Shown: positions 1 to 8,026, numbered from the stretch's first letter. The stretch: DNA of 32,000 bases from Chlamydiota bacterium (GCA_016196885.1 JACPWU010000011.1:1-32000), one strand, 5' to 3'. Notes: generated from the letters alone by a model not told the origin. Translations and numbers: made by a program.

Positions 1-163
1 TACATTGGGTGGTCTCCTTTTCTTATGTTGGATGACGTTTGGGTCAACCATTCTTCTCCCCTTCATAATAGCCGAACACTTCGTGTTCAGAGCTCATCAA
101 GTTTAAATACTTGGGGAGACCACCTTTTCCAATTTACCGACGAATATTGTTGAAAAATAAAAG

Positions 164-1471
164 TTAATGCCTAATCTTCTCCCAATATTTTGCAAAATCA
201 AAATGAGGGCTATTTTCTGGATCGTGGCAAGTCTGACACTTGTTTTCCAAGGGTTTCTCCATGGAGCAAAGAGTAGGCGAAGCAACGTGCATGGAACCGG
301 CTCCATGACAGGATTCACAACCCACTTGAGCAAATCCTAATGTTTTATCTACCCCCTGAAAGCCACTTTTGTATTTAAAACCTATGGAATGACAGACTAA
401 ACAATCCGGGTCAAAAGATCTCTTTTTTTTAATTAATGATTGGAAGGCCTTCGCATGCCTTGAACCCTGCCAAACTTTAAAAGCCTCTAAATGACACCCC
501 TTACAAGCTTGACTCCCCAAAAAAGAAGCCTTGGAGGTAAGACGCCCCTCCATCTTCTGATCCAATCTCTCATTTTGAAGAAATGATTGATAGTCTTCTA
601 AAATTTGTTGAATCTTTTCAGACATCTCCCACTTTTCATCAAGAGGCGTCCAGGCCATTCGATCAAAAACAAGATTATTTGATTCATTCAATTCAAAATA
701 AATTTCTCCCACATATTTTCCTCCAACAGGAACTGAAGTAAGAATAGAATCCCCCACGTGAACAACCTCGCGAGGAGGTTCATCTAAAGCATTAGCCACA
801 ACTCCCAATTTAATTTGAGGGAATGCTTTGACCAGCTCCACAGCATCTTTCATCTGTCCATGATAAATTAACATCCAAAAAATATTGGGCGCTAAATGAT
901 TCTGAAAAAATTGATACAGGGCTTTGCGAGGATCTATCTGTTGGACAGTATTTTCAAAATTTTTTTCTATAACGCTAACAATCTGGACTCTCCTTTTCTC
1001 ATCCATCCATTTTTTAGAATAGAGTTTTTCAAAAGGAGAATTCTTGAGATTACTCGCCAACATCGGAAAATCACAAGAGGGGCCCATCTCCTGAAGGTCA
1101 TCGAATCCCAAGAACAAATCTTCTTTTCCAAGCCCCATCACATCATAATGCATTTCATTCATGGCCTGAAGAATAGTCTGAAATTTTAGACGATCTTGGC
1201 GGGTCAATCCTTGAGTCAAGTTACCTGTACTCAACAACAAGGTATGGGGGTGATCTTTCAAAAAATTTTCTAAAAAACTGTGTCGGCGAGAGAGCCCCCC
1301 TAACTGGCCTGAGGCACAACCACAAGGCTCCAAACGACCTTTCTCCTCTCCTGTGACCAAAAAAACTATTTCTTTAGAAGTTTGAGAGGAAGCAAAAAGA
1401 AAAGAGATTTGCGAGAAAAAAATAGAAAAGACTAAGATTTTGGTGCAGGTTGTGACGTAGCAGGAATCCAT
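164..1471 (-). CDS. Secreted tetrahaem c-type cytochrome fused to a degenerate metallophosphoesterase/5'-nucleotidase-like N-domain
   Basis: 435-aa ORF with a hydrophobic signal-like N-terminus (ILVFSIFFSQISFLFASS). Four CxxCH motifs in the C-terminal ~110 aa (CKGCH, CLVCH, CESCH, CQTCH). The N-domain has a UshA-like layout, but GNL and GKED stand where GD and GNHE metal ligands are expected, and it carries an EPCGC motif. The start overlaps the upstream gene by 40 nt. Confidence 0.75.
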   Translation of the reverse strand: MDSCYVTTCTKILVFSIFFSQISFLFASSQTSKEIVFLVTGEEKGRLEPCGCASGQLGGLSRRHSFLENFLKDHPHTLLLSTGNLTQGLTRQDRLKFQTILQAMNEMHYDVMGLGKEDLFLGFDDLQEMGPSCDFPMLASNLKNSPFEKLYSKKWMDEKRRVQIVSVIEKNFENTVQQIDPRKALYQFFQNHLAPNIFWMLIYHGQMKDAVELVKAFPQIKLGVVANALDEPPREVVHVGDSILTSVPVGGKYVGEIYFELNESNNLVFDRMAWTPLDEKWEMSEKIQQILEDYQSFLQNERLDQKMEGRLTSKASFLGSQACKGCHLEAFKVWQGSRHAKAFQSLIKKKRSFDPDCLVCHSIGFKYKSGFQGVDKTLGFAQVGCESCHGAGSMHVASPTLCSMEKPLENKCQTCHDPENSPHFDFAKYWEKIRH

Positions 1472-2469
1472 ACTTGGACAGGAATGTCTATTTCCTTTAA
1501 GACCTTATCATCCGTAGAGACTTTCATCACCTTTGAAAAAAGGCGCTGCTCGATCCCTTCTTTCACACGAATCACAATCTCATAACTTTTTCCTTCCTCT
1601 TTTACCACGGTCTGGACATCAAAAAACTGAGGATCCAAATCCACATTCACAATTTTAAAAGTAGAACCATCCGTGCGTGTCAGAATAACCCTTTGGGAAG
1701 GCCACTCCATGGGCTTGCCCACCTTGGATCTCACAATAAAATTTAATCTCGGAGGAATGACCCGTATCGGACCTTCCACACGGCCAATGACAGGAACCGT
1801 CACGGGATTGACGGCCGGATTTTCAAAACGTAAAACCACTCTTTCATTTAGATTGCCTGGCGTATCTGCCTTAAAAAGAACGGTGAGGATCGTCCAGTCC
1901 TTTTGAGTAATCACTGGATCCTTCATCACCACTTCCAAACGATCGCTCTTATCCACCTGGGTCATTTTAAGCGGCTGATCGTAGGCATCCGCTTTAATCT
2001 TGATCTCACGCTCTGCACTGGATCCTAATTTCATCACTCCAAAATTAAGGGTCGGCGACTGAATCTGAAGGAGCGTGCGAATCTTGCCATGAATCATCAG
2101 CTCAAATTTTGGAGATTGCGGATCGTTCGAATAAACCTGTATCGCCTTGCTAAATTCACCCTGGCGCCCTGCTGAATTAAAGGTAACATTGATCTCACTC
2201 GACTCCTGAGGCGCCAGCTCATTCTTCCCTGCGATCGCGGCCGTACAACCGCAAGAGGTCTGAATCTTGATAATTTTTAAAGGGGCATTGCCCGTATTTT
2301 TAAAAACGAAAGGATAGGCTGCCTGGGTCCCTTGAATCACTTCACCCCATGAATGCTCTTTTTCCGGAAAATAAATTTTGGGTATAGGCGCATCAGCGGG
2401 TTTGGTTTCCTCTGCTAAGAGGATGGGAGAAATAAAAAGTGAAAGAATCAATGCCCCATATTTAACCAT
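1432..2469 (-). CDS. DUF1573 domain-containing secreted protein
   Basis: 345-aa ORF with a signal-like N-terminus (ALILSLFISPILLA). DUF1573 signature: WGEVIQGTQAAYPFVFKNTGNAPLKIIKIQTSCGCTAA. The rest looks like beta-rich Ig-like repeats. Confidence 0.75.
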   Translation of the reverse strand: MVKYGALILSLFISPILLAEETKPADAPIPKIYFPEKEHSWGEVIQGTQAAYPFVFKNTGNAPLKIIKIQTSCGCTAAIAGKNELAPQESSEINVTFNSAGRQGEFSKAIQVYSNDPQSPKFELMIHGKIRTLLQIQSPTLNFGVMKLGSSAEREIKIKADAYDQPLKMTQVDKSDRLEVVMKDPVITQKDWTILTVLFKADTPGNLNERVVLRFENPAVNPVTVPVIGRVEGPIRVIPPRLNFIVRSKVGKPMEWPSQRVILTRTDGSTFKIVNVDLDPQFFDVQTVVKEEGKSYEIVIRVKEGIEQRLFSKVMKVSTDDKVLKEIDIPVQVWIPATSQPAPKS

Positions 2470-2526
2470 AGGCTCTCACTCTACCAAACCCTCCTATCCC
2501 TGACAAGAAAAAAGGGTGGTAGTGAC

Positions 2527-2556
2527 TTGACAAGGAGATCCTTCCATTGATACCCT
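2527..2556 (+). promoter_or_regulatory. Possible sigma70-type promoter of the PqqD-kinase operon
   Basis: Perfect TTGACA at 2527-2532. The only -10 candidates are weak (TACCCT at 2551-2556 with an 18-nt spacer, or ATACCC with 17 nt). It lies in the 103-bp divergent spacer. AAGGAG at 2532-2537 overlaps the -35. Confidence 0.25.
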
Positions 2557-2572
2557 GACTTCTGGTTTAACC

Positions 2573-2836
2573 ATGAGAGCGCATCCCAAAGCCCGTAGAG
2601 ACGTCGTATGCAAAGCTCTTCAAGAAGAGGTCATGCTTTATGATCCTCTCAAAGAAGATGTTCACGTTTTAAACAATACCTCGCATTTCATTTGGAATCT
2701 CTTAGACGGCAAGCACACGCCAGAGGATATCGAAAAAAAAATCCAATCCTCTTTTTCAGACACAGTCCCTTTTAAAATTTTTTCAGACATTCAGGAAATC
2801 TTAAAAGTCTTTGAAGAGAAAGGACTTTTAGAGTGA
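2573..2836 (+). CDS. PqqD-family peptide chaperone (RiPP recognition element-like)
   Basis: 87-aa ORF with the typical PqqD/RRE stretch VMLYDPLKEDVHVLNNTSHFIWNLLDGKHTPEDI. Its stop overlaps the next start (GTGA at 2833-2836). Confidence 0.8.
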   Translation: MRAHPKARRDVVCKALQEEVMLYDPLKEDVHVLNNTSHFIWNLLDGKHTPEDIEKKIQSSFSDTVPFKIFSDIQEILKVFEEKGLLE

Positions 2837-3987
2837 GCTCCCTCGCAGAAGAAAAACTGGAAACCCGCCCACAAGTTCTGCGCGAAAAAAGCTATCGTTT
2901 TTTTGATATAGAAATAGTCTTAAAAACAGACCCTCCTGATATCCTTGAGAATTTTCATCGAATTTATCACCGGTTTCAAATCACAGAAACACATGAGGCC
3001 CATGACATTTATATCCTGAGATCTAAAATAGATGACAATCCATTTATATTAACAGCGGGTGAAGGCTCTCGAATCCTCACCCAGCCCTTCACGCCTCAGT
3101 TTTACCTCTCTTTCTTCTCGTTTGTCCTTTCAAAAGTCAAAAGTCATTTTCTCGTCCACGCGGCTGTCGTGAGTTTAAGAAACGAGGCTGTCCTGATTGT
3201 CGGACACTCTGGCTTTGGAAAAACGACACTGGCGGTAGAACTTCTTAAAAGAGGTATGTCTTTTTTATCTGATGAACTGGCTCCTCTTCACCGAACACAT
3301 CATCACGTAGAACCCTTCCCACGAAGCATAGGCTTGAGAAACATTTGCTTACACGATCTCTCATCCGAAAAATCTTTTCGAAATCCTAACAGCAAGGGTG
3401 AAATCAAATGGATGATGGACATTGAAGAACTCAAAATGAGCCGCCTGGGCGAGACCTCTCGCCCCGGAAAAATTGTTTTCCTGGAACCTCAATTTGAAAA
3501 TGAACCCATTCCAGAACACCTTCAAATTTTTGAGATCCACTTTACATCCCTCACAAAAACTTTCTGCAATGCCATCGCTGAAATATCCCAGATCCATAAA
3601 GTAGAAAGAATAGAGGATCGGCTCTTTCCCATGCTGCGCCTCACGATCACAAAAAACACATCCCCCCTTGCTCAAATACAAAAAGGGGCTCAAGATCACA
3701 AAATAGGTCTTGTGTCTGTGATCGAAGGAAAAACGCAAAAACCGGATTTTAAAAGATCCCCCCTCTTGAAACGCATCAATCCTTTTGATGGCATTCGCAA
3801 ACTTAGCCAAATGACACTCAACGCCCACGAAGGTTCTTCCTTAATGAAACTGCTCGGGAATCGCCCTGCAAAATTGCTCTGTGAACTTGCCGACATCGTG
3901 GGCCAAGCCCAATTTTACGAATTGACGATCGGAGATCTAGGAGAGATGACAAGAAGGGTGGAAGGAATCATGAGAAATGAGGGTTAA
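2833..3987 (+). CDS. HPr kinase-related (HprK C-domain-like) serine kinase
   Basis: 384-aa ORF with a GTG start. The core FLVHAAVVSLRNEAVLIVGHSGFGKTTLAVELLKRGMSFLSDELAPL matches the HPr-kinase C-domain pattern (HA..V, Walker A GxSGxGKT/S, downstream acidic SDE/DD). Confidence 0.8.
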   Translation: MSSLAEEKLETRPQVLREKSYRFFDIEIVLKTDPPDILENFHRIYHRFQITETHEAHDIYILRSKIDDNPFILTAGEGSRILTQPFTPQFYLSFFSFVLSKVKSHFLVHAAVVSLRNEAVLIVGHSGFGKTTLAVELLKRGMSFLSDELAPLHRTHHHVEPFPRSIGLRNICLHDLSSEKSFRNPNSKGEIKWMMDIEELKMSRLGETSRPGKIVFLEPQFENEPIPEHLQIFEIHFTSLTKTFCNAIAEISQIHKVERIEDRLFPMLRLTITKNTSPLAQIQKGAQDHKIGLVSVIEGKTQKPDFKRSPLLKRINPFDGIRKLSQMTLNAHEGSSLMKLLGNRPAKLLCELADIVGQAQFYELTIGDLGEMTRRVEGIMRNEG

Positions 3988-4009
3988 CCCAAATTAAACA
4001 AAGAAATCC

Positions 4010-4564
4010 ATGCACACAGACATCATCAAAGAAAATTTGATTCAAATTTGGAAGGATTTGGAGAAAACCCAATGGATCTCTTGCTCTGGATCCAGCATGA
4101 AACCCCTCATCACAGACCGAACAGAATTGCTGCTACAATTCTGTAAGCCCGACAAAATTCACTTGGGACACATCATCGCCTTTCGAAATGAAAATGAGAT
4201 GATTGTTCATCGCATCTTGGGATTTTCAAAGAAGGCAAACAAGCTTTATTTTATTGAAAAGGGTGACAACAATCCCCTTCCAAACTTGATTCCCCAAGAA
4301 AGCCTGATCGGCCGCATTGTGGCCCTTAAAAAGGGGAGTCGCATCCTTTCACTGCGAAACCCCCTGTGGAGAATTTTGGATTTTCTTTATGTGATTTTTA
4401 ATGCCTCTTTCATCATTTTCTTCAAAATCTTTTACAAAATTAAAATTTTAGCCTTCGGAAAGGAAAAAAAGGCCTGGACCCAAAATATCTATCTTCTCCT
4501 TAAAAGTTTTTTCCTTTTCATTCCTGAAAATATATCCCGTCTGATCAAAAGGTTTTCTAAATGA
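4010..4564 (+). CDS. S26-family signal-peptidase-like serine protease (SipW/Sec11 type), membrane anchored
   Basis: 184-aa ORF with SGSSMKP (nucleophile Ser box), IVHRILG (His box) and EKGDNNP (box E). C-terminal hydrophobic segment WRILDFLYVIFNASFIIFFKIF. Confidence 0.7.
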   Translation: MHTDIIKENLIQIWKDLEKTQWISCSGSSMKPLITDRTELLLQFCKPDKIHLGHIIAFRNENEMIVHRILGFSKKANKLYFIEKGDNNPLPNLIPQESLIGRIVALKKGSRILSLRNPLWRILDFLYVIFNASFIIFFKIFYKIKILAFGKEKKAWTQNIYLLLKSFFLFIPENISRLIKRFSK

Positions 4565-5877
4565 ATACACTCGAGACATTCAAAAAAGCTGAAAATCTTC
4601 TTGAGACAAAAGAGTCTGCCTTCTCAAATGAGCACAGATTCATGCTATCTCTTTTGTCTGGCAATCCTTCCGAAACGGAACAAATTGAATGGCTCATCCA
4701 CAAGAGGCTCTCCTGGCTTTTCTTCACCCAGGAAGCCCTGCGAAATAACGTCGGGCCGCTCCTCTGGCAAGAAATTTCTCATTCCTCTATTCAAGACCTC
4801 ATCCCGGAGAAGGCAAAAGAAATTCTCAAATCAGATCATGAAAGAACGGCTGTTTCAAACTTACTCCTTTTTCAAGAAACTCGAAAAGTCGTTCAAACCC
4901 TTCAAGAAAATTCCATTCCTGTGCTCCTCCTGAAAGGGGCTTTTCTCGCCCCTGAAGTCTATCGAAACATCGCCCTTCGTCCTTGTGCGGATACCGATAT
5001 TTTGATTCGCTGGGAAGATTTTTCTCGCATTAAAAAAACGCTTCCACGACTGGGGTTTTCCCTCTCCCCCCGACTCATGAGTGAATCTTTTTACCACCGC
5101 CACCATTTTCATATTCCCTTCTTAAAGCTTCTTAAACTTACAACCGTTCATATAGAGGTTCATTGGAATTTGATGGACAAATATCTCCTTCAAGGACTCC
5201 AGATTTCGGAGGTTTGGAGGCGGGCGAGACCTTTTACCTTTGAGGGTCTTCCTGCCTTGACTCTTTCACCTGAAGACGAATTGATTTATCTTGCATTACA
5301 CATTTTAAAACATGGCTTCATGAACCGCTGGATTGCAGCCGATCAGAGCCGATTTGCTTTTCTTTTCCAAGCACTTTCTGAAAATAAACTCATTTGGTTC
5401 ATGGATCTCAAAAAAATTCTAGAATCTTCAACCGTCATAGACTGGAATTTGCTGATTGAAAGAACTCAAAGGTGGAATGTCTCGGAATCCATCCGCCCCA
5501 TTTTCAAACTGTTGTCCCTTTTATTTCCGAGTGTTCCCTTCCCTAAATCTCTTTTAAGAATCGGCCAACCGTTTCGTGTTTCGAGAGAGCGCGAAATCTT
5601 TTTCAAAATGGTCACATCAAAATCAAATTCTCATTGGATTCAAAAACACCTTCTCAGCATGAATGGAAATCTTCAATTCCGTCCGATTCGTGTCTTGGAT
5701 ATTTTAGAATACTTTTTTTTGCCACAGAAAACCCTCATCCAATGCTACCGACTCCGCAGTAAATTTCAAATTTTCTTTTATTACCCCTTTCACTTTTTAA
5801 AGACACTTTGTGACAGTATTTCTGGCCTTGTCGAATGGGCCTTTTTCAGGCTGACACAGCGATGGAGAAAACCATGA
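4561..5877 (+). CDS. Uncharacterised nucleotidyltransferase family protein (PF14907/NTP_transf_5-like)
   Basis: 438-aa ORF. VLLLKGAFLAPEVYRNIALRPCADTDILIRWEDF ... HIEVHWNL matches the family pattern (KG..L....Y......R...D.DlLv ... lDlHw.l). ATGA overlap with the peptidase gene stop. Confidence 0.75.
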   Translation: MNTLETFKKAENLLETKESAFSNEHRFMLSLLSGNPSETEQIEWLIHKRLSWLFFTQEALRNNVGPLLWQEISHSSIQDLIPEKAKEILKSDHERTAVSNLLLFQETRKVVQTLQENSIPVLLLKGAFLAPEVYRNIALRPCADTDILIRWEDFSRIKKTLPRLGFSLSPRLMSESFYHRHHFHIPFLKLLKLTTVHIEVHWNLMDKYLLQGLQISEVWRRARPFTFEGLPALTLSPEDELIYLALHILKHGFMNRWIAADQSRFAFLFQALSENKLIWFMDLKKILESSTVIDWNLLIERTQRWNVSESIRPIFKLLSLLFPSVPFPKSLLRIGQPFRVSREREIFFKMVTSKSNSHWIQKHLLSMNGNLQFRPIRVLDILEYFFLPQKTLIQCYRLRSKFQIFFYYPFHFLKTLCDSISGLVEWAFFRLTQRWRKP

Positions 5878-6425
5878 GCGAGCTTGAAAAGCTTTCAAAC
5901 CTCGAGATTTTGGCCAATTCCTTTTTCTCACAGGGGAAATTTAAAGAGGCCCTCGAACTCTATGAAGAAATGGTCCGTCTCAACCCCGCGGATCTTCACA
6001 CCCAGTCAAAAATCGCAACGCTTTACATCTTGACCGGAAACCCTCAAAAGGCAGCCGCTCTCTTCGAGGAAATTCTTCAAAAGAATCCAGACCATTGCGA
6101 CGCCCAAAACAATCTGGCGACCCTTTATTTGTCAAAGGGCTGTTTTGAAGAAGCTATTTCTCTGTTTCAAAAATTCCTCCGTCAAAATCCAGATCAAGAA
6201 GAGATTCGCATGAACCTCGCCTTGGCGCACTTCTTAAAAGGAGATCTTGAGGAAGCAAAAAAGGAAGTGGATAAGATTCTTCAAAAAGATCTTGAGCACT
6301 CTCGCGCAAAAAGGCTCTTGAGGGAAATTCAAGAGAAAGAGGAGAAGCGGGAAGGAGCACTGGATGAATTTGTTAAAACACTTGCTCGTAAAAATAACTC
6401 CCCCTTCCCCTCAAGATTTTTCTAG
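5874..6425 (+). CDS. TPR-repeat protein
   Basis: Repeated 34-aa TPR-like units (FFSQGKFKEALELYEEMVRLNP, ...AAALFEEILQKNP, ...AISLFQKFLRQNP). Start chosen at the ATG at 5874 because it forms an ATGA overlap with the upstream stop. The longest ORF starts at 5835. Confidence 0.8.
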   Translation: MSELEKLSNLEILANSFFSQGKFKEALELYEEMVRLNPADLHTQSKIATLYILTGNPQKAAALFEEILQKNPDHCDAQNNLATLYLSKGCFEEAISLFQKFLRQNPDQEEIRMNLALAHFLKGDLEEAKKEVDKILQKDLEHSRAKRLLREIQEKEEKREGALDEFVKTLARKNNSPFPSRFF

Positions 6426-6442
6426 TCCTTTAGCTAGCCCGC

Positions 6443-6575
6443 ATTTCATCTGAAAATAGTCTTTACTCTTTCTTATACAATGACTCATGATGACTTGTAG
6501 TCGCCCGATTTATCGGGCAATGCCCAATGCCCCAATGTCATAGACCGCCCCATAAATGGGGCGACTACAAGGGTG
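6443..6575. repeat. ~130-bp repeat unit (copy 1) containing REPIN-like core 6496-6569
   Basis: Near-identical to 17335-17468 (4 mismatches over the ~126 clearly alignable nt, by eye). Core is TGTAGTC-GCCCGATTTATCGGGC-28 nt-GCCCCATAAATGGGGC-GACTACA. Confidence 0.9.
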
Positions 6576-7274
6576 GAGTTTGAACGTTCGGGCCCCCGAG
6601 AAATTCTAGAATGGGCCTTGAAAGAATTTTGGCCTGACATCGCCATGAGCACGGGATTTGGGGCAAGCGGCATGGTTTTGATTCACATGGTGAGTCAAAT
6701 CAATCCCAAAATGAAAATCATTTTTCTGGACACAGGATTTCATTTTAAAGAAACTCTGGATTTTAAAGACAAGGTCATTGAGAAATATGGCGTCAACATT
6801 GTGGAATACAAGGCGCAAATTTCAAAGGAAGAGCTCTTTAAAAAAATCAGCCCCCATCCTTACCACGACAATCCCGATCAGTGCTGTCACATCAATAAAG
6901 TCGAGCCCATGAAAAGGGCCATTCAAGGCCTTCGCGCCTGGATCAGTGCCCTGCGCAAAGATCAATCCCCCACACGATCCAACATCGAAATCCTGGAGGA
7001 ATACGAAGGGAATCTCGTGAAAATCAATCCCCTCGCAAACTGGACCCAGAAAGAAGTCTGGAATTATCTTTATCACCATCAAGTGCCCTATCATCCCCTC
7101 CATGATCAAGGGTATCCCAGCATTGGTTGCGAGCCCTGCACACAAGCCGTCACAGAAGGCGCCCATGAAAGAGCAGGCCGCTGGGTAGGTAAAGGAAAAC
7201 TCGAGTGCGGCATTCACACATTCTTGAAGAAAGTGGACACACATGACAAAACTTCTGTCAAAAAAGGTGGCTGA
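6573..7274 (+). CDS. cysH: Assimilatory adenylylsulfate (APS)/PAPS reductase, Fe-S type
   Basis: 233-aa ORF with PAPS_reduct family motifs. CC pair (DQCCHINKVEP) plus CxxC (SIGCEPC) are typical of [4Fe-4S] APS reductases. C-terminal ECGIH catalytic motif. The GTG start at 6573 is uncertain because it abuts the repeat. Confidence 0.88.
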   Translation: MEFERSGPREILEWALKEFWPDIAMSTGFGASGMVLIHMVSQINPKMKIIFLDTGFHFKETLDFKDKVIEKYGVNIVEYKAQISKEELFKKISPHPYHDNPDQCCHINKVEPMKRAIQGLRAWISALRKDQSPTRSNIEILEEYEGNLVKINPLANWTQKEVWNYLYHHQVPYHPLHDQGYPSIGCEPCTQAVTEGAHERAGRWVGKGKLECGIHTFLKKVDTHDKTSVKKGG

Positions 7275-7740
7275 TTCTAGGACGCTGATCTCTCAACTGA
7301 TGATGCCCAACGATGCCAATCATTTGGGGACCGTGCATGGAGGGGTCATCTTGAGCATCGCTGACAAAGTGGCCTATGTCTGTGCCTGCCGGCATGCGGG
7401 TTCCTATTGTGTCACAGCTTCGGTGGATCGTGTGAGTTTTGACTCTCCCATTAAAGTAGGACAGTTGGTGACGTTTGATGCGACCCTTCGCTATGTCGGC
7501 AAAACTTCCATGGAGGTAGGGATTGATATTTATGCAGAGGACTTAATTTCAAAAATCAAAACTAAAACAAACACCTGCTATTTTACAATGGTCTCCATTG
7601 CCCAAAATGGCAAACCCACGGCCGTTCCATCCCTCCTCATTGAGACAGAAGAGGAAAAAGCGAAATTTGAAGAGGCCCGTCTCAGAAAAGAATTAAGCTT
7701 GAAGTACGCAAGAGGGAAGATAAACAGCCTTTCCAGTTAA
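7243..7740 (+). CDS. Acyl-CoA thioesterase (hotdog fold, YciA/BFIT-like)
   Basis: 165-aa ORF. MMPNDANHLGTVHGGVILSIADKVAYVCA is the hotdog thioesterase signature. The 32-nt overlap with cysH makes the start uncertain (alternative ATGs at 7300/7303). Confidence 0.82.
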   Translation: MTKLLSKKVADSRTLISQLMMPNDANHLGTVHGGVILSIADKVAYVCACRHAGSYCVTASVDRVSFDSPIKVGQLVTFDATLRYVGKTSMEVGIDIYAEDLISKIKTKTNTCYFTMVSIAQNGKPTAVPSLLIETEEEKAKFEEARLRKELSLKYARGKINSLSS

Positions 7741-7744
7741 TAAC

Positions 7745-7939
7745 GGTTGATGGCAGAATGAAAATGAAGCACCTTATTTTAGGTGTTTATAAACGAACCC
7801 CCGTGCAAAATTCGAAATCCGAAATTCGAAGCATGAAACAAATTCTAAATTCAAATATTTCAAATTCAAAACGTTTCGAATTTCGTGCTTTTAATTGATC
7901 CCTAGGTCGGGGGTGCTCACTTTTATTATGCCATCAACC
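7745..7939. repeat. Nested palindromic element downstream of the thioesterase gene
   Basis: Outer arms GGTTGATGGCAGAATGAAAATGAAGCACC (7745-7773) and GGTGCTCACTTTTATTATGCCATCAACC (7912-7939). Inner ACCCCCG (7797-7803) pairs with CGGGGGT (7908-7914). The core holds heptamer-like TTCGAAA/TCCGAAA repeats pairing with TTTCGAATTTCG. Confidence 0.85.
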
Positions 7940-8026
7940 AATAACCCATAACAAATGACCCATGTCAATTTCAATGATCTTTCGAGATCATCGTGTGCGA
8001 TGAAAGTTCTCCCCATCGTGTTTTTT

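Noticed and set aside
1-124. Possible minus-strand gene start (ATG at 51 with GGGGAG upstream, MVDPNVIQHKKRRPPNV...) and a 10-bp inverted repeat GGTGGTCTCC/GGAGACCACC (8-17 / 115-124)
   Set aside because: Only 17 codons are visible before the window edge, so no product can be supported. The inverted repeat has a ~97-nt loop and no U-tract.
2573-6425. Calling this a lasso-peptide biosynthetic cluster
   Set aside because: No Asn-synthetase-like cyclase, no transglutaminase-like B2 protease, no ABC exporter and no precursor-like ORF is visible anywhere in the window. Only the accessory-type genes are present.
6487-6543. 18-codon ORF ([18 protein letters not shown]) inside the REPIN, conserved at 17380-17436
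   Set aside because: Its conservation is explained by the DNA repeat itself. The other two REPIN copies lack a start codon, and there is no SD.
7758-7898. 46-codon Ser/Asn/Lys-rich ORF (MKMKHLILGVYKRTPVQNSKSEIRS...) as a candidate RiPP precursor
   Set aside because: It sits entirely within the nested palindrome, its sequence is dictated by the heptamer repeats, it has no SD, and it is separated from the operon by two unrelated genes. It is worth only a glance if homologous operons show similar peptides.
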